From positions 14,709 through 78,708 of the forward strand of contig JBDKSB010000010.1 of assembly GCA_039683095.1 (NCBI GenBank): a stretch of 64,000 nucleotides of DNA. Reading direction: 5' to 3'. This document shows, one piece after another, positions 29,453-39,480 of the stretch. Source of the stretch: Acidobacteriota bacterium (GTDB taxonomy: Bacteria; Acidobacteriota; Aminicenantia; Aminicenantales; Saccharicenantaceae). How positions within the stretch are numbered: position 1 is the stretch's first letter; each line of letters begins with the position of its first letter. The notes beneath the pieces are model-generated. The model saw only the letters and a program-made list of their open reading frames with translations. It ran no database searches and was not told where the DNA came from. The translations under genes and the position numbers were made by a program.

Positions 29453-30073
29453 TCAGCGCTTTTCGCCGTAATAAACGATCTTGGGCAGCTTCTTGGGGTC
29501 CAGTCCGAAGAAGAAGAGCCATTTGTCGTGGCTCTCCTGGTCGTTGTAGATCTTGATCGACTTGTTCGTCGAGGTGCTGACGACGCCGATGATGCGGGGG
29601 GCCTTGATGGCCGCCAGGGCGCGCTCGGGCGCGACCAGGACCTCCTGGACGCCCTGGGAACCCGGGGCGCCGCTCCGGCCCGGGCTGCCGAGGCTGCTCG
29701 CCGGCACGCTGGCCGGCGAGGACGACGACGGGGAGGCGGGCAGCAGGATGACGTTCCACTGGCCGTCCTTGGCGAAGGGGTCCTTGTAGAGCCGCCTGAT
29801 GAATTTCTTTTCGAGGAGCTCCTTGAAGCTGGCTGGGTAGCGGCCGGGGTTCTTCTGGACGAAGAGGCGGACGGCCTCGACGTACTGCCCGCCCCGGAAG
29901 ATGAGCTCCTCCTCCTTCTCCCGCTGGATCTCGGTCTGCCAGACGGGCAGGGCGATGAGGAAGCCCAGACTGAGAGTGAAGACGGCCATCATCAGGATGA
30001 TGAGGGCGTAGCCCGGACGGCCGGACCGGTCACCAGGTATTGTAGAGCGATCCATCGATGGGCGACTTGGCAT
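29453..30073 (-). CDS. Prepilin-type N-terminal domain protein (divergent pseudopilin)
   Basis: 206 aa with leader ...DRSGRPG followed by a hydrophobic helix YALIILMMAVFTLSLGFLIALPVW. It lacks Glu at +5. It lies directly downstream of two GspG-like genes, and the start (30073 or 30055) overlaps the preceding gene. Confidence 0.6.
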   Translation of the reverse strand: MPSRPSMDRSTIPGDRSGRPGYALIILMMAVFTLSLGFLIALPVWQTEIQREKEEELIFRGGQYVEAVRLFVQKNPGRYPASFKELLEKKFIRRLYKDPFAKDGQWNVILLPASPSSSSPASVPASSLGSPGRSGAPGSQGVQEVLVAPERALAAIKAPRIIGVVSTSTNKSIKIYNDQESHDKWLFFFGLDPKKLPKIVYYGEKR

Positions 30074-30485
30074 CCGATCCGGACTTGACGTCGACGACCC
30101 CGGGGATCTCGGTTAGCAACGGGTCCTCGGCCGAGGGTAGCTCGCGGACCTCGACCCAGGTCGCGGACTGGTTGGTCATCGGGTCGACCGGGATGGCCCG
30201 GATGTAGCTGTCCTGGACCAGGGCCTGGAGTGAGGCCGGATACTTGCCTTTGTCCTGGGCGTATTGATCGATCAGCTTGCGCAGGATGAACAGGTTCTCC
30301 TTGAGCACGGCTTCCTTCGCCTTGACCGTGGCCGATTTGTAGGTCGGCAGGCCGATGCCGACGAGGAGCCCGATGATGCCCAGGACGATGATGATCTCGA
30401 TGAGCGTGAAGCCGCGGTCACCAGTCTTTGTAGAACGTCCCGTCGAGGGCCTTGGCCGGGCTCTTCGTGTAGACATCGTAGACAT
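30030..30485 (-). CDS. Type II secretion GspG-like pseudopilin
   Basis: Class III signal: G then FTLIEIIIVLGIIGLLVGIGLP, followed by a GspG-like body (LKENLFILRKLIDQYAQDKGKYP). The ATG at 30485 is preceded by GGAGAGGAGA. No canonical start exists after the upstream stop, so the gene carries a 25-aa Arg-rich leader. Confidence 0.8.
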   Translation of the reverse strand: MSTMSTRRARPRPSTGRSTKTGDRGFTLIEIIIVLGIIGLLVGIGLPTYKSATVKAKEAVLKENLFILRKLIDQYAQDKGKYPASLQALVQDSYIRAIPVDPMTNQSATWVEVRELPSAEDPLLTEIPGVVDVKSGSDAKSPIDGSLYNTW

Positions 30486-30912
30486 TCTCCTCTCCCCAGA
30501 CGTCCGAATCGAAATCGTCCTGGTAGGACCGCAGCCCCCAATCAACGGAATCGGTCATGGGGTCCTTGGGGATGCGGCGGAGGAATTTGACTGTCTTCTT
30601 GGCCCCCGCCTTGCCCTGGGCGTCCTTGTCCTGGACCTGGACGCCCTTGACCAGTGTCTCCAGCGTCGGCGGGTAGCCCTCGGTGTCCTCGCCGATCTCG
30701 AACTTCTTCTCGTCGGCGAGCTTCTTGTAGGCGTCGATGGCTTCCCGCATCGTCCGCAGGGCGCGCTGGAGCTCGATCTCGTTCTGGCGCTTGACTGCCA
30801 TCTTGCCCAGGGGCAGGGCGATCAGGGCCAGGATGGCCACGAGCGCCAGGGTGACGATCATCTCGATCAGGGTGAAACCGGAGCGGTCGTGTGCGAGGCG
30901 CATCGTCATCAT
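30418..30912 (-). CDS. Type II secretion GspG-like pseudopilin
   Basis: 164 aa with leader MMTMRLAHDRSG followed by FTLIEMIVTLALVAILALIALP, then a GspG-like body (ELQRALRTMREAIDAYKK). Confidence 0.8.
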   Translation of the reverse strand: MMTMRLAHDRSGFTLIEMIVTLALVAILALIALPLGKMAVKRQNEIELQRALRTMREAIDAYKKLADEKKFEIGEDTEGYPPTLETLVKGVQVQDKDAQGKAGAKKTVKFLRRIPKDPMTDSVDWGLRSYQDDFDSDVWGEENVYDVYTKSPAKALDGTFYKDW

Positions 30913-30972
30913 CCCGGCCCGCCGCCCAAAGGCGGGCGGGCCTCCTGAATTATAGGCGAACGGCCGGAGAAA

Positions 30973-33156
<2,184 letters not shown>

Positions 33157-33180
33157 GGAAGGTTCCTTTGGAGGCGGGGC

Positions 33181-33447
33181 CTACTTGCGCAGGCCGAGCT
33201 TCTGGATGAGCTTCTCGTAGCGGCTGACATCGTCTTTCTTGACGTACTCGAGGAGCCGCTTTCTCCGCCCGACCAGCTTCATGAGGCCGGACCGGGAGTG
33301 GAAGTCTTTCTTGTGATCGCCGAAGTGCTTGACGAGCAGGTTGATCCGCTCGGTCAGCAAGGCGACCTGGATCTCAGGCGATCCCGAGTCGGCGGGATGG
33401 GCCTGGTTGTCCTTGATGATCTTGGTCTTCTGTTCCTTGCTAATCAC
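33181..33447 (-). CDS. rpsO: 30S ribosomal protein S15
   Basis: 88 aa ([47 protein letters not shown]). GTG start with AGGAGA upstream. Confidence 0.95.
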   Translation of the reverse strand: MISKEQKTKIIKDNQAHPADSGSPEIQVALLTERINLLVKHFGDHKKDFHSRSGLMKLVGRRKRLLEYVKKDDVSRYEKLIQKLGLRK

Positions 33448-33482
33448 GCTTGAATATTCTCCTGATATTTTTTTTCCGGATC

Positions 33483-33511
33483 ATTTTAACAGAAACCGCG
33501 CGGAATAACAA
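33483..33511 (-). promoter_or_regulatory. Candidate sigma70-type promoter for rpsO-pnp
   Basis: The minus strand reads TTGTTA (33511-33506), a 17-nt spacer, then TAAAAT (33488-33483). This is about 35 nt upstream of the rpsO GTG, in an AT-rich gap. Confidence 0.35.
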
Positions 33512-33560
33512 TACTGTCTGGGATTTGCGGGGCGAAAAAGCGGGGGGAGAGGTCCGGGCT

Positions 33561-33725
33561 TCAGGCCGACAGGGCCTTCTTGCGGGCCAGAAGCTGGCGG
33601 GCGTACTTGGAGGTCAGGCTGCCCTGCTTGTCCTTGCATTCGGCCAGCTTGGCCTCGATCTCGGCCAGGGTCAGGGCGTTCATCTTCTTCCGCTTCGGGG
33701 CGTTTTCCTGCTTCTCGTCAGCCAT
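33561..33725 (-). CDS. Small Lys-rich hypothetical protein (54 aa)
   Basis: MADEKQENAPKRKKMNALTLAEIEAKLAECKDKQGSLTSKYARQLLARKKALSA. An AAGGA RBS lies 9 nt upstream. It is the only part of the 651-aa ORF-track entry that does not run antisense to another gene. No family recognised. Confidence 0.35.
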   Translation of the reverse strand: MADEKQENAPKRKKMNALTLAEIEAKLAECKDKQGSLTSKYARQLLARKKALSA

Positions 33726-33863
33726 GGGTCGATCCTTTCGGGTTTCTCGGGGGGCGCCGGAGCGGCCGCCGCGGACCCTTAATCTAACAGAAACGGCCGG
33801 GGAAGGCAAGCCGCCCGCCCGGCCGTTTACTCGAGGCCCCGTTTTGACTATGATGCGGATGAC

Positions 33864-35573
33864 ATGGACACCATGAAAAGACGGGCTTTCATCCGGGGGG
33901 CGCTGACGACGGCGGCCGTGGCCTCCGCCGGCGGCGCCGGCCTGGTCCTCCAGGGCTGTTCCAAGGGCAAGGACCTCGACCTGCTCATCGCCGGCGGCGA
34001 GGTCTACGACGGGTCGGGCGGCCCGCCTGTCCGGGCCGACGTCGGCGTCTCCGGCGGCGCGATCCGGGTCATCGGCCGGGTCCGCCGTTCCCGGGCCGCC
34101 GCCGTGATCGAGGCCGAAGGCCGGGCGGTCTCGCCCGGCTTCATCGACGTCCATGACCATACCGACGTCGGGCTGCTGGCTGATCCCAAGGCCGAGAGCG
34201 CCGTTCGCCAGGGCGTCACGACCCTGGTCAGCGGCCAATGCGGCGGGTCGCCCTTTCCGCTCACGGACGCGGCCGCCGCGGAGATGAACGAGGACCTCGG
34301 CCGGCGATACGGGCTGACCGTGGACTGGCGGGACATCGCCGGCTTCCTCGGCCGGATCGAGAAGTCGGGCGCCGCCCTCAACTACTCGACCTTCGTCGGG
34401 AACGGGACCGTCCGGGCCGCGGCCATGGGCTACGCGGACCGGCCCGCCTCGGCCGCCGAGCTCGACCGGATGAAGTCGCTCGTGGCCGAGGCCATGGCCG
34501 GCGGGGCGCTGGGGCTGTCGTCGGGCCTGGAATACACGCCGAGCAGCTCCGCTTCGACCGGCGAGCTCATCGAGCTCAGCCGCGTGGCGGCGAAGAGCGG
34601 CGGCGTCTATGCGACACACATCCGCAACGAGGACGACACCGTCCTCGAAGCCGCGGCCGAAGCGCTGCGCATCGCCCGGGAAGCGCCCATCCGGCTCGAG
34701 ATCTCGCACCTCAAGATCGGGCGCGCGGCGAACTGGGGCAAGCTCGACGCCCTGCTGGCCATGATCGAAAAGGCCCGCGCCGACGGCGTCGATCTGCGCT
34801 GCGACCGCTACCCCTACATCGCCGGCGCGACGACCCTGGGGCTGCTCTTCCCGCTCTGGTCGCGAGAGGGGACCACGGCGGATTTTTTGGCCCGGCTCAA
34901 GGGCCCGGCGCTCGACGCCCGGCTTCGCGCCGCCATCGCCGAGGGGCTCAAGAAGCGGGGGAGCTGGGATCGGGTCATGATCTCGTCGGCGGCCTCGGAC
35001 AAGAACCGCGTCTACGAAGGCATGACCGTCACCGAGGCCTCGGCCAGGGCCGGGAAGCCGCCGTACGAATTCGTGCGCGACCTGCTCGTCGAGGAATCGG
35101 GGACCGTCGGGATGATCAGCTTCTACGGGGACGAGAGCGTCCTGAAGCGCATCCTGGCCCGGCCCTACGTCGGGATCGGGGCGGATAGCGAGGCCGTCGC
35201 GCCTTACGGTCCCCTGGGCCAGGGCCGGCCCCATCCCCGCTATTACGGGACCTTCCCGCGGGTTCTCGGCAAGTACGTCCGCGAGGAGAAGGTCGTCCCG
35301 CTGGCCGAGATGATCCGCAAGATGACGGCCATGCCGGCGGCGCACATGGGCTTCGTCCGGCGCGGCATGATCAAGGTCGGCTGGGCCGCCGACCTCTGCG
35401 TTTTCGACCCGGACCGGATCATCGACAAGGCGACGTTCAAGGAACCGGCCGTCTATCCGGAAGGCATACATCAGGTCATCGTCAACGGCCAGGTCGTGAT
35501 CGACGAGGGCCGCCACAGCGGACGTCTCCCCGGCAAGGCGCTCCGGAAGGATGCCGGCGGGGCCGTGGCATGA
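33864..35573 (+). CDS. N-acyl-D-amino-acid deacylase (D-aminoacylase) family amidohydrolase with Tat signal
   Basis: 569 aa. The N-terminus MKRRAFIRGALTTAAVASAGGAGLVLQGCS combines a twin-arginine motif with a possible lipobox. Metal motifs include GFIDVHDHTD, with a typical D-aminoacylase body. Confidence 0.85.
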   Translation: MDTMKRRAFIRGALTTAAVASAGGAGLVLQGCSKGKDLDLLIAGGEVYDGSGGPPVRADVGVSGGAIRVIGRVRRSRAAAVIEAEGRAVSPGFIDVHDHTDVGLLADPKAESAVRQGVTTLVSGQCGGSPFPLTDAAAAEMNEDLGRRYGLTVDWRDIAGFLGRIEKSGAALNYSTFVGNGTVRAAAMGYADRPASAAELDRMKSLVAEAMAGGALGLSSGLEYTPSSSASTGELIELSRVAAKSGGVYATHIRNEDDTVLEAAAEALRIAREAPIRLEISHLKIGRAANWGKLDALLAMIEKARADGVDLRCDRYPYIAGATTLGLLFPLWSREGTTADFLARLKGPALDARLRAAIAEGLKKRGSWDRVMISSAASDKNRVYEGMTVTEASARAGKPPYEFVRDLLVEESGTVGMISFYGDESVLKRILARPYVGIGADSEAVAPYGPLGQGRPHPRYYGTFPRVLGKYVREEKVVPLAEMIRKMTAMPAAHMGFVRRGMIKVGWAADLCVFDPDRIIDKATFKEPAVYPEGIHQVIVNGQVVIDEGRHSGRLPGKALRKDAGGAVA

Positions 35574-36523
35574 GGCTTGCCGCGAGGCCGTCCCGCCGGG
35601 CCGCGGCTCCGGCCGTTCTGGCCTTCCTGGCGGTCCTGGCCGTTCTGTCGGCTCCGGCCCTGCGTCCGCAAGCCAAGAGCCCGGCGGCCGCTCCGTCGGC
35701 TAAGACCGGGCCGATCGTCCGGCTGGCCTATCGGTTTCTCCAGCCGGGCGAACCGCTCCTCGTCTTTCTCGAATCAGACGGCTCGGTCCGCTCGGCCACG
35801 GTGACGTTCCTGGGCCAGGCCGCCGAGCTGCGTCCGGCGCCGGCCCGCCCGGACGGCGGCCCCGGCTTTCGCGCCTTCGCCTTTTTGGGCATAGACGTCC
35901 AGGCGAAGCCGGGCCCCTGCGTCCTGGCCGTGAAGGTCCGCAGGGCGGGCGGCGCCGTCGAGACCGTCCGCAAGGACCTGCTGATCGTCGATAAGAGCTT
36001 CCCGTCGGCCAAGCTGACGCTCGACCCGAATTACGTCACCCCGCCGGCCTTCCTGCAGGCCCGGATAAGGCGGGAGGCCGAGCTCGTCGCCCTGGCCATG
36101 AGCGTCATCACCCCGGAGTGGCTGGGCGACGGACCTTTCGTCGCCCCGAACAACGCGCCGTCGTGGTCTAACTTCGGCCAGCGGCGCCTCAACAACAACG
36201 TCCTCCAGTCCCTGCACTCCGGCCTCGACCTCCGGGTCCCGTTCGGGGAGCCGGTCGGGGCGGCCAACGCCGGCCGGGTGGTCCTCGCGGTCGACCTCTA
36301 CCTCGGCGGCAAAACGGTCATCATCGATCACGGCCTGGGAGTCTTCAGCAGCTACGGCCACATGTCGCAGCTCAAGGTCAAGCGCGGAGACGCCGTCGCG
36401 AAAGGGCAGACGGTCGGGCTCTGCGGCACGACCGGCCGGTCGACCGGCCCGCATCTCCACTGGTCCGTCAGGATCCTCGGCGCCCGCGTCGACCCCGAAG
36501 CCATGCTCAAGCTGCCCCTTTAA
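35570..36523 (+). CDS. M23 family metallopeptidase
   Basis: 317 aa with a signal peptide, HSGLDLRV (HxxxD) and GPHLHWSV (HxH). Its start overlaps the upstream stop (ATGA). Confidence 0.85.
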   Translation: MRLAARPSRRAAAPAVLAFLAVLAVLSAPALRPQAKSPAAAPSAKTGPIVRLAYRFLQPGEPLLVFLESDGSVRSATVTFLGQAAELRPAPARPDGGPGFRAFAFLGIDVQAKPGPCVLAVKVRRAGGAVETVRKDLLIVDKSFPSAKLTLDPNYVTPPAFLQARIRREAELVALAMSVITPEWLGDGPFVAPNNAPSWSNFGQRRLNNNVLQSLHSGLDLRVPFGEPVGAANAGRVVLAVDLYLGGKTVIIDHGLGVFSSYGHMSQLKVKRGDAVAKGQTVGLCGTTGRSTGPHLHWSVRILGARVDPEAMLKLPL

Positions 36524-36533
36524 CGGGGTTTTT
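36514..36533 (+). terminator. Weak candidate intrinsic terminator after the M23 peptidase gene
   Basis: CCCC (36515-36518) pairs with GGGG (36525-36528) across a 6-nt loop that contains the stop codon, followed by TTTTT (36529-36533). The stem is only 4-5 bp. Confidence 0.3.
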
Positions 36534-36772
36534 ATCCAGATCCCGGGAAGAAGCTCTCTCCGGTTTTGCCCGGGATATGCCTCTTGCTCCCCGGCCCCCC
36601 GGGTGGCGGGATGCGGGCTCTTGGGAGCGACCGGCGGGATCGCGGCCGAGTGCTCGAAGCCGTGATCCTGCCAATATCCTAAGAAAGTGCCGGAGGCGTA
36701 TCTCGTAGTGAGAACAAGTGAACAATCGCCTCTTGCGTTACGTGTATAAATGAGGTTACACTGGCGCTTCAC

Positions 36773-37684
36773 ATGGCAATCGAGGTCAAGGACCTGAGCT
36801 TCCGCTACGGCAAGATCGTTGCCCTCGACGGCGTGACCATGCGCCTGGACGGGGGAGCGGTCGGCCTCCTGGGGCCGAACGGGGCCGGCAAGAGCACGCT
36901 CCTGCGCATCCTTCTCGGCTTTCTCGCTCCCGAGCGCGGCGGGGGCAAGGTCCTCGACTACGACATCCGCCGCGACCAGGCCATGATCCGCCGCTCCGTC
37001 GGCTACATGCCCGAAGGCGACTGTTTCATCGCCGGCATGGACGCCGTGACCTTCACGGCCTATTTCGGCGAGCTCTCGGGCATGCCGCGCCAGGAAGCGA
37101 TGAAGCGGGCCCACGAGGTCCTTTTCTATGTCGGGCTCGGCGAAGCCCGCTACCGCCTCCTCGACACCTATTCCGCGGGCATGAAGCAGCGCCTCAAGCT
37201 GGCCCAGGCCCTGGTCCACGACCCGAAGATCCTGTTCCTCGACGAGCCGACCTCGAACCTCGATCCGACCGGCCGCGTGGAGGTCCTCGAGCTTATCCGG
37301 GACATCTCGACCCGCAAGTCGATCCAGGTGCTCCTGTCGTCGCACATCCTCGACGACATCGAATCGCTCTGCGAGACGGTCGTCATCCTGAAGCAGGGCA
37401 AGGTCGCCGCCGAAGGCCGGATGGCCGATCTCCGGGCCATCGACTACAGCCTCTACGAGGTCCGGATCAAGGGCGATCACGGCGCTTTCCGCCGGGACCT
37501 CGAGGCCCTGGGCGGCCGCGTGGACGAGATGGAGGACGGGCTCATCAAGATCTACATGCCCGAGGCCGGCGACCGCATGGACATCTTCCGGGCCGCCGGC
37601 CGGACCGGCGTCCAGCTGCGCTCGTTCGTCAAGAGCCGGACCTCGCTCGAAGACCTCTTCGCCGGCGTCGTGGGGGTGGACTGA
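36773..37684 (+). CDS. ABC transporter ATP-binding protein
   Basis: Walker A GPNGAGKST, signature YSAGMKQRL, Walker B ILFLDEPT. 303 aa. Confidence 0.9.
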   Translation: MAIEVKDLSFRYGKIVALDGVTMRLDGGAVGLLGPNGAGKSTLLRILLGFLAPERGGGKVLDYDIRRDQAMIRRSVGYMPEGDCFIAGMDAVTFTAYFGELSGMPRQEAMKRAHEVLFYVGLGEARYRLLDTYSAGMKQRLKLAQALVHDPKILFLDEPTSNLDPTGRVEVLELIRDISTRKSIQVLLSSHILDDIESLCETVVILKQGKVAAEGRMADLRAIDYSLYEVRIKGDHGAFRRDLEALGGRVDEMEDGLIKIYMPEAGDRMDIFRAAGRTGVQLRSFVKSRTSLEDLFAGVVGVD

Positions 37685-38556
37685 TGGCCACCGTCCGGGA
37701 AAAAGGCTACAGCCACTGGGACGGCCGGCTGGTCGAGCGGCGCTTCCCCTGGTGGCCGATCACCCGGACGGGCATTCAGCTGGCCTTCCGCAAAAAGCGC
37801 TTCAAGCTCATCTTCGCCCTCACGTTCGTCCCGGCCTTCGTCTTCCTGGTCGGGCTCTACATCTCGGAGCGGCTGGAAGATTTCAAGACCATGATCCAGG
37901 GGAGCGACCGCCTGATCAACATCGGGCCGAAATACTTCGCCTCGTACTTCAACAACGACTCGCTCCTCTTCCTGATCGCCCTCGTCCTCGCGGCCGGGGC
38001 CGGCGGGCTCATCGCCGACGACCTGCGGCACAGCTCGCTCCAGCTCTATTTCGCCCGCCCCCTGGGCAAGAAGGACTATGTCGCCGGCAAGATGTCGGTG
38101 GCCGCCTTCTTCGTCCTCCTCTACACGGCCGTTCCCGGGCTCGTCCTGATCATCTTCAAGCTCGTTTTCGCCGGGAACTTCAAGTTCTTTTTCCAATATC
38201 CCTGGCTGCCCCTGTCCGTATTGGGCGAATCGCTCGTCCTGACCGTCTTCTTCGCCTTCTACATCATGCTCCTGTCCTCCGTGAGCAAGAGCAACCGCTA
38301 CGTCTTCGTCCTGGTCTTCGGCGCCTATTATTTCTCCGACGTGCTGTTCCACGTCCTCCAGGGCATCTTCAGGACCCCGTACATGGGCCTGTTCTCGATC
38401 CCGGCCAATCTCAAGCAGGCCGGGGCGGCCATGTTCGGCCAGAAGCCGCCGCTCGCGGTGCCGGCCGTCTGGTCCTTCGCCGTCCTGGCCGGGATCTGCG
38501 CCCTGGCGGCCGCCGTCCTCGACCGCAAGATCCGCAGCGTCGAGGTGATCAAATGA
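37684..38556 (+). CDS. Polytopic membrane protein (putative ABC permease component)
   Basis: 290 aa with about 6 hydrophobic segments, sandwiched between two ABC ATPase genes with 1- and 4-nt overlaps. No specific family recognised. Confidence 0.7.
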   Translation: MATVREKGYSHWDGRLVERRFPWWPITRTGIQLAFRKKRFKLIFALTFVPAFVFLVGLYISERLEDFKTMIQGSDRLINIGPKYFASYFNNDSLLFLIALVLAAGAGGLIADDLRHSSLQLYFARPLGKKDYVAGKMSVAAFFVLLYTAVPGLVLIIFKLVFAGNFKFFFQYPWLPLSVLGESLVLTVFFAFYIMLLSSVSKSNRYVFVLVFGAYYFSDVLFHVLQGIFRTPYMGLFSIPANLKQAGAAMFGQKPPLAVPAVWSFAVLAGICALAAAVLDRKIRSVEVIK

Positions 38557-39479
38557 ACGCGGTCATCTCCGCCGCGGGCCTGTCCAAGTACTACGGCAAC
38601 ATCCTCGGCCTCAACGACGTCACGCTCGACATCGAACCGGGCATCACCGGCCTGCTCGGACCGAACGGGGCCGGCAAGTCGACCTTCATGAAGCTCATCA
38701 CCGGCCAGATGAAGCCGAACATCGGCACGGTGACCGTGCGCGGCGTCCGGGTCTGGAACAACCCGGAGATCTTCCGGGCCATCGGCTTCTGCCCCGAGCC
38801 GGACGCCTTCTACGAGGACGTCACCGGCTGGGAGTTCCTGACCGGGCTGCTCCGGCTCCAGGGCTTCGCGGCGGCCGAGGCCGCCGAGCGGGCCGCCCGG
38901 GCCCTAGACATCGTCGACCTGACCGAGGTCAAGGACCGGTTGATCCGCGGCTACAGCCGGGGCATGCGCCAGAGGGCCAAGTTCGCCCAGGCCGTCGCCC
39001 ACGACCCGGACATCCTCATCCTCGACGAGCCCTTGAGCGGCCTCGATCCGCTGGGCAAGCGCAAGCTCATAAAGCTCATCAAGGGGTTCAAGGAACAGGG
39101 CCGCACCGTCCTCGTCTCGAGCCACGTCCTGCCTGAGATCGAGGCCCTGACCTCGCGGATAGTGCTCATCCACCAGGGCCAGATCCTGGCCCAGGGCGAC
39201 ATCCCGTACATCCGCGACCTCATCGAGAGGCATCCGCACCAGATCTCGGTCCGGTCGAGCGACCCGCGGGCCCTGGCCGCGCGCTTTGTCGGCGACCGCT
39301 CCATCCAGAAGATGACCTTCGGGGACGACGGCCGGACGCTGGTCGTCGAGACGCATAAACGTGATGAGTTCTTCGGCCGGCTGACCGGGACCGTCCTCGA
39401 GGCCGGGATCGACGTCGACGAGATCTCGTCTCCGGACGACAACCTGCAATCCGTCTTCGAATACCTGGTGGAGAAGTGA
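38553..39479 (+). CDS. ABC transporter ATP-binding protein
   Basis: Start at the ATG at 38553 (MNAVISAAGLSKYYG). Walker A GPNGAGKST, signature YSRGMRQRA, Walker B ILILDEPL. Confidence 0.9.
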   Translation: MNAVISAAGLSKYYGNILGLNDVTLDIEPGITGLLGPNGAGKSTFMKLITGQMKPNIGTVTVRGVRVWNNPEIFRAIGFCPEPDAFYEDVTGWEFLTGLLRLQGFAAAEAAERAARALDIVDLTEVKDRLIRGYSRGMRQRAKFAQAVAHDPDILILDEPLSGLDPLGKRKLIKLIKGFKEQGRTVLVSSHVLPEIEALTSRIVLIHQGQILAQGDIPYIRDLIERHPHQISVRSSDPRALAARFVGDRSIQKMTFGDDGRTLVVETHKRDEFFGRLTGTVLEAGIDVDEISSPDDNLQSVFEYLVEK

Positions 39480-39480
39480 G

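Noticed and set aside
36507-36725. A 72-aa minus-strand ORF inside the long intergenic gap.
   Set aside because: It has an Arg/Gly/Pro-rich composition, no RBS and no recognisable fold pattern. It is most likely a chance ORF.
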